From Candidatus Entotheonellaceae bacterium (GTDB taxonomy: Bacteria > Tectomicrobia > Entotheonellia > Entotheonellales > Entotheonellaceae), in contig OZ250173.1 in the NCBI GenBank assembly GCA_965238075.1, positions 480,001 through 544,000 of the forward strand: a stretch of 64,000 nt of DNA, in the 5' to 3' direction. A program made the position numbers and the translations under genes. Under the pieces are notes generated by a model. That model was not told the DNA's origin, searched no databases, and worked only from the letters and a program-made list of their open reading frames with translations. Below, piece after piece: positions 29,772 to 39,596 of the stretch (position 1 is its first letter; every line of letters starts with the position of its first letter).

Positions 29772-31042
29772 CGCGCCGCCGCCAGGGCCTGATCCAGATC
29801 CGCAACGATATCCTCAATATGCTCGATGCCGACGCACAGGCGGATCATGTCGGGCGTGACGCCGGCACCCGCTTGTTCGGCCTCGTTCAACTGGCGGTGT
29901 GTGGTTGATGCAGGGTGGGCTGCCAGGGACTTGGCGTCGCCGATGTTGACGAGGCGCTTGAACAATTTCAGGGCGTCGTAGAACTTCACACCGGCGTCGT
30001 AGCCGCCCTTGACACCGAAGCAGAGCAGGGCGGAGGGGCGGCCGTTGGTGTATTTCTGCGCCAGGTCGTAGTACTTGGAATCGGGCAGTCCGGCATACTG
30101 CACCCAGGCGACATGGCTGTGCGATTGCAGGTGGTTGGCCACCGCCATCGCGTTGTCCACGTGGCGTTCCATACGCAGCGGCAGGGTTTCGAGGCCCTGC
30201 AGGAGCAGGAAGGCGTTGAACGGGCTGAGCGCCGAGCCGGTGTTGCGCAGCGGCACCGTGCGCGCCCGCCCGATGTAGGCGGCGGGGCCGAGGGCATCGG
30301 CATACACGATACCGTGATAGGCCGGTTCGGGCTGCGTCAGGCCGGGGTACTTCGCGGCGTGCTCGGTCCAGGGAAACTTGCCGCTGTCGACAATCATGCC
30401 GCCCAGCGAGTTGCCGTGGCCGCCCATGTATTTGGTCAGCGAGTGCACGACGATGTCGACGCCATACTCGATGGGCTTGAGCAGCGGCGGCGGCGTCACC
30501 GTGCTGTCAACGATTACCGGCACGCCGTGGCTGTGCGCCATGTCCGAGATCGCCTCGATGTCCGCGATGTTCCCCGCCGGGTTGCCGATCGTCTCCGCGA
30601 ACACCGCGATGGTCTTGTTGTCAATCAGCCGCTCCAGGCTCGCCGGGCTGTCGTCGTCCGCGAACCGCACCTCGATACCCTGCTTCGGCAGCATGTGCGC
30701 GAACAGCGTATACGTGCCGCCGTAGAGCAGGGGCACCGAGACTACGTTGTTGCCCGCCTCCGCTATGGTCAAGATCGAGTAGTTCACCGCCGCGCTGCCG
30801 GAGCTCAGGGCCAGGCCTGCGATGCCGCCTTCCAGAGCCGCCACCCGCTTTTCCAGCACGTCGTTGGTGGGGTTCATGATGCGGGTATAGATATTGCCGG
30901 GCACCGCCAGGTTGAAGAGGTCGGCGCCGTGCTGGGCGCTGTCGAACTCGTACGCCACGGTCTGGTAAATGGGCACCGCCACGGCATGGGTCGTCGGATC
31001 GGTTTCGTAGCCGGCGTGAATCGCTATGGTTTCGTCTCGCAT
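29768..31042 (-). CDS. metY: O-acylhomoserine sulfhydrylase / aminocarboxypropyltransferase
   Basis: PIYQTVAY, NIYTRIMNPT, HSLTKYMGGHG, NIGDAKSL, HPASTTHRQL. Confidence 0.92.
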   Translation of the reverse strand: MRDETIAIHAGYETDPTTHAVAVPIYQTVAYEFDSAQHGADLFNLAVPGNIYTRIMNPTNDVLEKRVAALEGGIAGLALSSGSAAVNYSILTIAEAGNNVVSVPLLYGGTYTLFAHMLPKQGIEVRFADDDSPASLERLIDNKTIAVFAETIGNPAGNIADIEAISDMAHSHGVPVIVDSTVTPPPLLKPIEYGVDIVVHSLTKYMGGHGNSLGGMIVDSGKFPWTEHAAKYPGLTQPEPAYHGIVYADALGPAAYIGRARTVPLRNTGSALSPFNAFLLLQGLETLPLRMERHVDNAMAVANHLQSHSHVAWVQYAGLPDSKYYDLAQKYTNGRPSALLCFGVKGGYDAGVKFYDALKLFKRLVNIGDAKSLAAHPASTTHRQLNEAEQAGAGVTPDMIRLCVGIEHIEDIVADLDQALAAAR

Positions 31043-31091
31043 GCAAGCGCTCCTTCGTTGCCGTCGTAACGGCTATAGTCGCGAATGGAAA

Positions 31092-32171
31092 TCAGAATGG
31101 GCAGTTCCTCAGGCCGAGCGGATCGTGGGGGTCGATGTCCGGCATGAATGGCAGGCGGCGGTCCGGATGGGTCAGGCGGTACACCAGTCCCAGCCAGTTG
31201 TTGAATATCGCCTTGCCCGTGTCGCTCCAGGTGTTGTCGAGGTGGGGCTCAAGCGCCGCTTCCGGAAAGTCGGGAAGCGGTTCCCCATGCGCCTTGGCCA
31301 GGGCGGCCTGGCGCAAATGGGCGGCCGCCAGGTCGGCGGCCTGGGTGGAGAAATAGTGCTCCGGATCGGGCGGCGCGGCGTCGACCTCGTCATCGAGATA
31401 ACGCGACACCTCGCGCTTATACTCCTTCAACAGGCTGTTGTAGTCGTACTCCGGATGACCCTGGAAATACACGATGCGGAACTGATCGGGGCTCACCGCC
31501 ATGTGCACACCGGCCTCGTCGCTGTCCACCAGCACACGCAACCCCGCCGCCGTGAGCTCGTCGTGCGTCACCTCGTTCCAGCGCGAGTGCGGCACGTCGA
31601 AGCGCGTGTTGATGCCCTGCAGCAGCGGGTGCGCGCGGTTGCGCACGCGGTGGCTGTATACCCCCCACTGCTTGCGCGACAGTTTGTGCCGGTCGATCTG
31701 ATACAATTGCTTGACCAGTGCGTGGGTGGCCAGGCACGAGCACAGGATGCTCGTCACGTTGTCCGTCGCCCAGTCGATCACCTCCCGCAGCGGCGTCCAG
31801 AACGGCTCCAGTTCCAATGAGGGCTGGGTGACGTTGGCGCCGGAAATGATCAGGGCGTCCAACCCCACCTCGCGCAGGTCCTCGAACTCGGCGTAATAGG
31901 TATCGATGTAGGCGGCAGCCTCGGCGCTGCGCGGCAGGCCGGGGACGGAAAAGGGATGGATGTAGAACTGCACGATCTGGTTGCAGTTGCCGACGAGGCG
32001 CATGTACTGCTGCTCGGTGATCGTGAGAGCGGCATCCGGCATCATGTTCAGCAGGCCGATGTGGAGCTCGCGGATGTCTTGCGACATGGCCCGGTCCAGG
32101 CTCAGGATGTCGTAGCCCCCTTGCCGTAACCGGTCGAAAGTGGGCAGATTGGTATGCGCCACGAGGGGCAT
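31092..32171 (-). CDS. metA: Homoserine O-acyltransferase (MetA family)
   Basis: QDIRELHIGLLNMMPD, LCSCLATH, PHSRWNE, FQGHPEYD. Confidence 0.92.
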   Translation of the reverse strand: MPLVAHTNLPTFDRLRQGGYDILSLDRAMSQDIRELHIGLLNMMPDAALTITEQQYMRLVGNCNQIVQFYIHPFSVPGLPRSAEAAAYIDTYYAEFEDLREVGLDALIISGANVTQPSLELEPFWTPLREVIDWATDNVTSILCSCLATHALVKQLYQIDRHKLSRKQWGVYSHRVRNRAHPLLQGINTRFDVPHSRWNEVTHDELTAAGLRVLVDSDEAGVHMAVSPDQFRIVYFQGHPEYDYNSLLKEYKREVSRYLDDEVDAAPPDPEHYFSTQAADLAAAHLRQAALAKAHGEPLPDFPEAALEPHLDNTWSDTGKAIFNNWLGLVYRLTHPDRRLPFMPDIDPHDPLGLRNCPF

Positions 32172-32275
32172 GCTCGACTCCTCCGGTTTGCCGCCAAGCG
32201 GCGGGCGCTACGGGTCATTCCGAATCGCCGGGAAGTATACAGCAGAAGCCAAAAGGGATTCAAAGGAGCAGACCG

Positions 32276-33997
32276 ATGGAGACACCGCTGTCGCGTGAAA
32301 CCCTGGCCGCCCAGGCTATGGGGGCGGTGGACCCGGAAACCGGCGCCCTGGTGCCGCCGCTGCACCCCGCCACCACCTACGAGATGCATCCCGACGGCTC
32401 CCTGACCGACGGACGCGCCTACACCCGCGCCGACAACCCCACCTATGATCCCGCCGAAAAACTGCTCAACGTGCTGGAAAGCGGCGCCGGCTGCATCCTG
32501 TTCGCCTCCGGCAACGCCGCCGCCACTGCGGTGTTCCAGGCGCTGCTGCCCGGCGATCACGTGCTGGTCAGCCGCATCCTGTACTGGGGCATTCGCAAGT
32601 GGCTGGCTGAGTTCGCCGTCACCTGGGGTCTGGACGTCGAGTTTGTCGACGTGACGGACCTGGAAGCTTTGCAGGCCGCCATGCGTCCCGGCGTCACCCG
32701 CCTGTTGTGGCTGGAGACACCGGCCAATCCGACGTGGGAGATCACCGACATTGCCGCGGCCGCCGAGATCGCGCACGCCGCGCAGGTTTGCGTGGCGGTG
32801 GACAACACGGTACCGACACCGGTGCTGACGCGGCCCCTTGAACTGGGCGCCGATTTGGTGGTGCACTCGGCAACCAAGTATCTCAACGGCCACAGCGACG
32901 TGCTGGCCGGCGCGGTGGTGACGGCACGGCTGGACCCGCTATGGGAGCGCATCCGCTCGTGGCGCCGCAATGCCGGGGCGATGCTGGGGCCGTTCGAGGC
33001 ATGGTTGCTGCAGCGCGGCATGCGCACCCTGTTCGTCCGCGTGCAGCGCGCCTCGGAAACGGCGCTGACGCTAGCGCAGCAGTTGCAGAGTCACCCGGCC
33101 CTCAAGGCGGTGCTGTATCCAGGATTGCCCTCGCATCCGGGCCACGAGACGGCGGCACGGCAGATGCAAGGCGGATTTGGCGGCATGCTGTCGATCCGGG
33201 TTGCCGGCGGGGCGGAGCAGGCCTTGGCCGTAGCCGCGGCGGCGCGGGTGTTCAAGCGCGCCACGTCGCTCGGTGGGGTGGAGAGTCTCATCGAACACCG
33301 GTTGAGCACCGAAGGTCCGTCTTCGCCCGTGCCGGGGGATCTCTTGCGGCTGTCGGTCGGCCTGGAGACGCCGGAGGACCTGTTGGCGGATCTGACGGCT
33401 GCGCTCGATGCCTCCAGGCGTGTACGCGCCACTTCCGCTGCAAAGCCCGCTCCAACCGAGGCGGCGCCTGAAGTCGTAACGAAAGTACGGGACGTGGTGG
33501 AACGCAGTGTGGCGCCGCTGATCATCGCGCGCGGCGGCAAGGTACGGCTGGTGTCGGTCGACGACGGCATCGTCACCCTGGAGGCGAGCGGGTCCCCGGG
33601 TGCCATTCTGCCAGTTGAAAAGCACCTGAAGACGCTGCTGTGCGGCACGGTTGCGGAGGTCACGGATGTGCGGCTGGTGTGGCCTGGGAATAAGGGGTCG
33701 GCTTGGCCGGATACGCATTCGGCGGCTCTGTCCGAGAGCGTGCAGACCATCCTCGACACGGAAATCAACCCGGCCGTCGCCGTGCACGGCGGACGGGTCA
33801 CCTTGATTGAGGCACAGGCTGACCGCGTCACCATCCGCCTTGAAGACGGCTGCCAAGGCTGCAATCTCGCCATCGTCACGGTCCGCCAGGGCATCGAGCC
33901 CCTCCTGCGCGCTCGCTTGGGGCGACCTGTCGCCGTCATTGACGCCACCGATCATGCTGCCGGTACAGCGCCCTTCTTCACGCCGTCAAAGCGGTGA
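32276..33997 (+). CDS. Cystathionine gamma-synthase/lyase-family PLP enzyme fused to two NifU-C/Nfu domains
   Basis: YTRADNPT, ETPANPT, HSATKYLNGHSD, TSLGGVES; after a Pro/Ala linker, VAPLIIARGGKV..SGSPGA and INPAVAVHGGRV..GCQGC..RQGIE..DATDH. Confidence 0.85.
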   Translation: METPLSRETLAAQAMGAVDPETGALVPPLHPATTYEMHPDGSLTDGRAYTRADNPTYDPAEKLLNVLESGAGCILFASGNAAATAVFQALLPGDHVLVSRILYWGIRKWLAEFAVTWGLDVEFVDVTDLEALQAAMRPGVTRLLWLETPANPTWEITDIAAAAEIAHAAQVCVAVDNTVPTPVLTRPLELGADLVVHSATKYLNGHSDVLAGAVVTARLDPLWERIRSWRRNAGAMLGPFEAWLLQRGMRTLFVRVQRASETALTLAQQLQSHPALKAVLYPGLPSHPGHETAARQMQGGFGGMLSIRVAGGAEQALAVAAAARVFKRATSLGGVESLIEHRLSTEGPSSPVPGDLLRLSVGLETPEDLLADLTAALDASRRVRATSAAKPAPTEAAPEVVTKVRDVVERSVAPLIIARGGKVRLVSVDDGIVTLEASGSPGAILPVEKHLKTLLCGTVAEVTDVRLVWPGNKGSAWPDTHSAALSESVQTILDTEINPAVAVHGGRVTLIEAQADRVTIRLEDGCQGCNLAIVTVRQGIEPLLRARLGRPVAVIDATDHAAGTAPFFTPSKR

Positions 33998-34055
33998 GCT
34001 TTGCGGCCCCCTTTGAACGGCATGACGATTTGTGGGTGTTGGATATCGGGACGAT

Positions 34056-34080
34056 AGGCACCCGCAAGGGGTGCCCTTAC
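34056..34080. repeat. REP-like hairpin (second GTAG-like family)
   Basis: aggcacccgcaaggggtgcccttac. Confidence 0.5.
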
Positions 34081-34152
34081 GAGGGTCGGGGCATTGCCTC
34101 GGACGGGCTGTTTTCACTTTCCTGTCGGTAGGGGACTGAGGAGGACCAACGC

Positions 34153-35544
34153 ATGACGCAAGGATACGACCCGGATGGCGAGCGGCTGCCGATCAAGGTG
34201 GATTCAACGTCGAACGGCGAATTCGTACCGATTCTGCTGAATGTGAGGCAGCGGGAAGCGAATCGTCTGGCGCGGCAGCAGGCGGCGGAGAATGCCAAGC
34301 GGGTGGGCATGGGGCGCCGGGCGTTTCTGGTCTCGGCGTGCGGCGCGGCGAGCACGTTGTTGGCGTTCAACGCCGTCAACGCTGCGGCGGGCAACCGGGG
34401 CGGCGCGTTCGAGCTGACCGCCGAGGCAGCCGTCGACCCGGAGGCGGCAGCCCAAGCGTTGGGCGGCACAGAGTTCATCTTCGACGTGCAGGGACACTTC
34501 ATCGGCGAGGCGGCGTTACGGCCCGGCAGCCCGCGCGGACCGAAGAATTTCATCAAGGACGTGTTTCTCGACAGCGATACCGACATGATGGTGCTGTCGT
34601 TCGTGCCGTCGCGCCGGGACAGCGAGCCGCTGACCATCCACGAGGCCGACGCGGTGCGGCAGATGGTGGACGACCTGGAAGGGTCGCACCGCCTGCTGCT
34701 GCACGGGCGGGTCAACCCCAATCAAGCCGGCGACATTGAAGGCATGGACGAATTGGCCGAACGCTGGGGCGTTTCCGCCTGGAAGACCTACACGCAGTGG
34801 GGACCCGACGGCCGGGGCTATTTTCTGTCCGACCCGGACACCGGCATTCCGTTCATCGAGAAAGCGCGCCGCCTGGGCGTCAAGGTCATCTGTATCCACA
34901 AAGGCATTCCATTCGGCGGGCGTTCGTACGAGCACAGCCTGTGCGACGACGTGGGCGTAATCGCCAAGCGCTTCCCAGACGTGAGTTTCATCATTTACCA
35001 TTCGGGCTGGGTGCCGGGCCAACCGGAACGGGCCTACGAGCCGAACGCCAAGCGGGACGGCATCGACTCGCTGGTGCGCTCGCTGCTGGACAACGACGTG
35101 CCGCCGAACAGCAACGTTTACGCCGAGCTCGGCAGTACCTGGCGGGGTGTGATGGGCGACCCGGATAGCGCCGCCCATTGCCTGGGCAAGCTGTTGAAAT
35201 ACGTGGGGGAAAACAACGTCTTGTGGGGAACGGATTCCATCTGGTACGGCTCGCCGCAAGACCAGATTCAGGCCTTTCGCACCTTCCAGATCGCGCCGGA
35301 GTTCCAGGAGCGCTACGGCTATCCCGCGATAACGCCCACCCTGCGCGCCAAAGTCTTCGGCCTCAACGCCACCAAGCCGTACAGGATCAGCGCCGACGAA
35401 GTGCTGGAACGGGCCAGCCGTGACGCCATCGCCGCCCGGCGCTTTGCCTACGCGGAAAACCCCGATCCGCACTTTCTCACCTTCGGACCGAGAACCCGCC
35501 GCGAGTTCAATCGGCTTGTTCGCTTGCACGGTGGTTTCGTGTAG
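34153..35544 (+). CDS. Amidohydrolase_2-family protein with internal twin-arginine-like motif
   Basis: GRRAFL plus hydrophobic stretch at ~aa 55; DVQGH, IHKG, IYHSG, WGTDS. Confidence 0.8.
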   Translation: MTQGYDPDGERLPIKVDSTSNGEFVPILLNVRQREANRLARQQAAENAKRVGMGRRAFLVSACGAASTLLAFNAVNAAAGNRGGAFELTAEAAVDPEAAAQALGGTEFIFDVQGHFIGEAALRPGSPRGPKNFIKDVFLDSDTDMMVLSFVPSRRDSEPLTIHEADAVRQMVDDLEGSHRLLLHGRVNPNQAGDIEGMDELAERWGVSAWKTYTQWGPDGRGYFLSDPDTGIPFIEKARRLGVKVICIHKGIPFGGRSYEHSLCDDVGVIAKRFPDVSFIIYHSGWVPGQPERAYEPNAKRDGIDSLVRSLLDNDVPPNSNVYAELGSTWRGVMGDPDSAAHCLGKLLKYVGENNVLWGTDSIWYGSPQDQIQAFRTFQIAPEFQERYGYPAITPTLRAKVFGLNATKPYRISADEVLERASRDAIAARRFAYAENPDPHFLTFGPRTRREFNRLVRLHGGFV

Positions 35545-35555
35545 TGCGGCGGGAT

Positions 35556-35640
35556 GCCGGGTTACGCCTGCGGCTAACCCGACCTACGTGTAGCCGCCAG
35601 TCCACACAGCATTCAATCCGACCCGGAAATGCTCTAGCCG
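35556..35640 (-). repeat. Composite repeat copy A (CTAGAGCATTTCC... arm plus REP copy 3)
   Basis: Reverse complement matches 55328-55391 (first 31 nt identical), followed by REP gtaggtcgggttagccgcaggcgtaacccggc. Confidence 0.8.
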
Positions 35641-35808
35641 AGATGGCCAAGGGGCGGCAACAGGCTGATTCCGCCGAAGTCAACGCCTCGACAGCAACTG
35701 GTGAAGGAATCACAGCGTCACAGAGTAAAACCTGTCAAACACTACCCATAACACTCGCCAGCGTCAGCTATCCCTGATCTTCACCATGTTCGTCATCCGA
35801 CCTGCACG

Positions 35809-36225
35809 CTATGCCGGCTCGAACATGGGAAGCGCCACCGCGTCGGCGCCCTGATCCTCCCAACGCAGCCGTACCCGCATGCCGCATTTCACGTCCTGCA
35901 CCGGGTCCGCCACACCAACGATGTTCGACATCAGCCGGAAGCCCTCGTCGAGGTCTACGTACGCCACGGCGTAGGCGCCCAGGTCGGCAAAGGCCGGGTG
36001 GCGGCTTTGCATGATGACGCTGAAGGTGTACACCGTCCCCTCGCCTTTGGAGACGTGCCAGGTGGTATCGCGCCCGCCGCATTCGGGGCAGTGGCGGCGT
36101 GGGTAGAAGATGACGGCGTGACACCCGTCGCAGGTCTGATACGTCAGCTCACGGCGCTTGGTGGCGTCCCAGAAAGGCTGCGTATCCAGCTCGGGAAAGC
36201 GGGGTTGGGGTCTTGCTGCGGCCAT
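35809..36225 (-). CDS. Zn-ribbon/OB-fold DUF35 protein
   Basis: CDGC, CPEC, GTVYTFSV, VDLDEGFRLMSNIV. Confidence 0.88.
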   Translation of the reverse strand: MAAARPQPRFPELDTQPFWDATKRRELTYQTCDGCHAVIFYPRRHCPECGGRDTTWHVSKGEGTVYTFSVIMQSRHPAFADLGAYAVAYVDLDEGFRLMSNIVGVADPVQDVKCGMRVRLRWEDQGADAVALPMFEPA

Positions 36226-36277
36226 GGTCGTTTTCTCTCCTATGATGTGGCGGTATGCCAAACGGTTCGCGTCAGGA

Positions 36278-37468
36278 TCAGTCGGCAGCCAGAATGGTGA
36301 CCGCGGTGGCGTGGCGGGAACCGAGTTGGCCGCCGTTGCCTACCGCAACGGCCAGCTTGGCGTCGTTCACCTGCGAGCTGGACTCGCCGCGCAACTGTCG
36401 GGCGGCCTCGATCAGCAGAAAGATGCCGCGCTGCCCGGGGTGATTCGACGACAGCCCGCCACCGTCCGTATTCAGCGCCGGCTTGCGCGGGTCGTCGAAT
36501 CCCAGATGTCCCTCGCTCACGTACGCCCCACCCTCTCCCTTGGCGCAGAATCCCAGGTCTTCGATGAGGCACATGACGGTAATGCTGAACGAGTCGTAGG
36601 CCATCAGCACGTCGATTTCCGCGGGCGTCACGCCGGCTTCGCCGAACGCCGGCTTGGCAGCCTGCGCCCCGGCGCTGACGGTGATGTCGCCGCCGTTCTC
36701 GCGGTACTTGGTCGCCTCGCCGGTGCCGATGATCCATACCGGCTTCTTACGGGCGTTGCGGGCAACCTCGGGGGACGCGATGACCACCGCGCCGCCGCCG
36801 TCGGAAACCATGCAGCACTCCAACAGGTGCAGGGGATAGGCGATCAGGCGCGATTCCAGAACGTCGCTGACCGTAATCTCGCGCACGCCGACGAACTGCA
36901 GGTCGGTCATGGCCTTCACGGCTTCCGGGTTGCGCATGGCGTGGCGGCGCGTGGTCACGGAGATGTGCGCGAACTGCTCGTTCGTCGTGCCGTATTGGTG
37001 CATGTGACGGTTCTTGACCATGGCGTAATTGCCGATGAGGGTCAGGCCCCACGGGTCTTCCATATTGTTGACGAACGTCGCCGGCCCCGCGCTGGTGGCG
37101 CCCGCGGTGCCGATGGCTCGGCGGTCCGAGTGGGCAGTGGCGCCGTATGTCAACAGAGCAACGTTGCACTTGCCCGCGGCGATCATGCTGAGGGCGTGGT
37201 TGGCCTGAAACTCGAAGGAACTGCCGCCGACGTAGGTGGTGTCGATGAGCCGGGGCTTGAGGCCGAAATACTCCGCAATGGCCAGCCCGCTGATGCCCTG
37301 ATCGCCGCCGGTGTCGTACACCGCGTCGACGTCCTGCCAGCTGAGCCCGGCGTCTTCGAGGCTGCGCGCGGCGCACTCTGCCTTGATTTGCAGGGCGCTG
37401 ACACTGCCGTCCACGCGCAAGGGATATTCATAAATTCCAACGATAGCGGCGTCTCTCCGCTGCGCCAT
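36278..37468 (-). CDS. Thiolase-like (SCP2/lipid-transfer type) protein
   Basis: CCMVSDGGGA, YDSF, EDLGFCAKGEGG, NTDGGGLS. Confidence 0.88.
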   Translation of the reverse strand: MAQRRDAAIVGIYEYPLRVDGSVSALQIKAECAARSLEDAGLSWQDVDAVYDTGGDQGISGLAIAEYFGLKPRLIDTTYVGGSSFEFQANHALSMIAAGKCNVALLTYGATAHSDRRAIGTAGATSAGPATFVNNMEDPWGLTLIGNYAMVKNRHMHQYGTTNEQFAHISVTTRRHAMRNPEAVKAMTDLQFVGVREITVSDVLESRLIAYPLHLLECCMVSDGGGAVVIASPEVARNARKKPVWIIGTGEATKYRENGGDITVSAGAQAAKPAFGEAGVTPAEIDVLMAYDSFSITVMCLIEDLGFCAKGEGGAYVSEGHLGFDDPRKPALNTDGGGLSSNHPGQRGIFLLIEAARQLRGESSSQVNDAKLAVAVGNGGQLGSRHATAVTILAAD

Positions 37469-37656
37469 TGGCGACTCCTCTCTCCAAATAAGACGGGTTC
37501 AAAGCTTGCTAGCCAAAGGGGGCGCCACCGTAGCACGCAGCCCCAGGGTCGTCAACGCGGGCAGCGTTTGCATTCGCCCCGCCGTTCGTGTAGCTTACCG
37601 GCGCTGTTTAACCTCGCCCAGAAACATCAGTTTGACTTCACGAGCGGCAGCCAGCC

Positions 37657-39576
37657 ATGACCGACCTTCTCGTCGCAGAGCCACCCGAAACCACTCGGAC
37701 CGTGCCAGCGGGAGCTTCCCCCATGGCGGTGCTGTCGCAGACCCGCAGTTTCAAGGATCTGGACCGGGCGACCCTCGAAGTCCTGGTGGCCGCAGCCGAT
37801 ACCCACCGCATTGAAGCCGGACGCGCCCTGTTCCGCGAGGGCGAGCCGTTCGGCAACATCGTGTACGTCCTGTACGACGGCGCCATGCGCCAATACCGAT
37901 CCACCGGCTTCGAATGCGAGGTGCACCAGGGCGACTTCCTGGCCCTGGCCAACTACGTGGACCGCGCGCCGTTCGGCTCCACCGTGGAAGCCCGCAGCGG
38001 TTGCGTCGTCCTCGGCCTGGCGGCGGAAACGTTGGAGCAGCTCGAGCGCAATTACCCCTCGCTGTTCAATTGCCTGAACCGCATCATCGCCCACAAACTG
38101 CGCGCCCGCAGCCCGGTGCGCGACATCAACCGCGGCGCCCTGGCGCAGCCGGTGCGCAGCATCATGAGCAGGCCCGTCACCTGCAGCCCCGACACACGGC
38201 TACGCGACGCCCTGACCCTGATGCGCCAGCGTAGCATCGGCGGCCTGGTGGTCACGGACGACGCCGACCGTCTGCTCGGAATCCTCACCCGCGCCAGCCT
38301 CGCCGAGGCGGTGCTCTTGCAGGAAGCGGGTGCGGCCGACGCGGTGGTGCCAGCGGCCTGCCAGCAGGCCCACACGGTGGAGCCGAATACGCCGCTGTGG
38401 CAGGTTCAGGAAATCCAGCAGCACTTCGCCACCAAGTACGTCGTTGTCGTGGATCAGGACGCTCCGGTCGGCGTGGTGGCCCAGAGCGACATCCTGCGAA
38501 CGCTGATTGCCTCGCCGGGCGTGCTGACGCCGCACGTGGCGCAATCCAACGACCTGCAGGAACTCGTCGAGTTGAAGTCGCGTCTCGTCGAAGAGGCCGT
38601 CGACATCCGGGAAGCCAATCGCTGGGCGCGCGCCGCGGTGCGCTTCCTGAGCGAAACCCATCTGGCCATCCAGCGCCGGGTCGTCGCCCTCAGCCTCGAT
38701 TGGATGCGTGAACAGGGACACGGCGAGCCGCCGGTGCCGTTCGCCCTCCTTATCATGGGCTCCGGCGGCCGCAAGGAAATGCTGCTCGACCCGGACCAGG
38801 ACAATGGCCTCATCCTGGCCGACGTGCCGCAGGCGCACGAGCCGCCCGCGCAACAGTGGTTCGAGCGCTTCAGCAACCACCTGAACGAGGGCTTGGCACA
38901 GGTCGGCTACCCGCTGTGCCCCGGCGGCATCATGGCGCGCAATCCCGTTTACCGGCACACGCTGACGCAGTGGCAGGAACAGGTGACGTCGATCGCCGAC
39001 CACCCCACCGAGGCGGCAGCGCGATGGTCCAACATCGTCTTCGACTTCAACACCTTATACGGCGACGACACGCTCACTGCGGCCCTATGGCGGCACGTGC
39101 TGGAGACCACCGCGGCGCATCCTCGGCTGTTCACCCGCATGGCCGCGGACGACGCGCGGGGGCGGCCGGCGCTGGGCTTTTTTCACCAACTCGTCGCCAC
39201 CACCTGGGACGGCGACGGCGCGCATATCGACCTGAAGCGCAACGGCCTGCGGCTGATCGCCGACGCAACGCGCATTTTCGCGCTGCAGGCGGGCGTGAGG
39301 GCGCAGAACACCAGCGATCGGCTGGCCGGGCTGGTGCGGCTGGGAACGTTTTCCGAGGCGTTCAGCACCTCGGTGGGCGACGCTTACGAGGCGCTGCTGG
39401 ATCTTCTGCTGGCGCACCAGATCGAACAAGCGCGGGCGGGCGAGGCGTTCAACACGCTGATTGATCCGAAGGCTCTGACCGAGCAGAATCGCGCCACGCT
39501 GCGCCTCGCCATGCGTATGGTGAAGCGCCTGCAGGACCGCTTGCAGGAAAACTTTGGCGTCGCCTACATCGACTAA
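37657..39576 (+). CDS. cNMP-binding + CBS + DUF294 nucleotidyltransferase protein
   Basis: LFREGE (cNMP-binding), two CBS repeats, MGSGGRKEMLLDPDQDNG, CPGGIMARNP, IDLKRNGL. Confidence 0.88.
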   Translation: MTDLLVAEPPETTRTVPAGASPMAVLSQTRSFKDLDRATLEVLVAAADTHRIEAGRALFREGEPFGNIVYVLYDGAMRQYRSTGFECEVHQGDFLALANYVDRAPFGSTVEARSGCVVLGLAAETLEQLERNYPSLFNCLNRIIAHKLRARSPVRDINRGALAQPVRSIMSRPVTCSPDTRLRDALTLMRQRSIGGLVVTDDADRLLGILTRASLAEAVLLQEAGAADAVVPAACQQAHTVEPNTPLWQVQEIQQHFATKYVVVVDQDAPVGVVAQSDILRTLIASPGVLTPHVAQSNDLQELVELKSRLVEEAVDIREANRWARAAVRFLSETHLAIQRRVVALSLDWMREQGHGEPPVPFALLIMGSGGRKEMLLDPDQDNGLILADVPQAHEPPAQQWFERFSNHLNEGLAQVGYPLCPGGIMARNPVYRHTLTQWQEQVTSIADHPTEAAARWSNIVFDFNTLYGDDTLTAALWRHVLETTAAHPRLFTRMAADDARGRPALGFFHQLVATTWDGDGAHIDLKRNGLRLIADATRIFALQAGVRAQNTSDRLAGLVRLGTFSEAFSTSVGDAYEALLDLLLAHQIEQARAGEAFNTLIDPKALTEQNRATLRLAMRMVKRLQDRLQENFGVAYID

Positions 39577-39596
39577 GGCGTGGGGGAAAGGAAAGC

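Noticed and set aside
32172-32275. SAM riboswitch or Met regulatory leader between metA and the CGS-Nfu gene
   Set aside because: Only ~100 bp, with no recognisable SAM-I/SAM-II consensus
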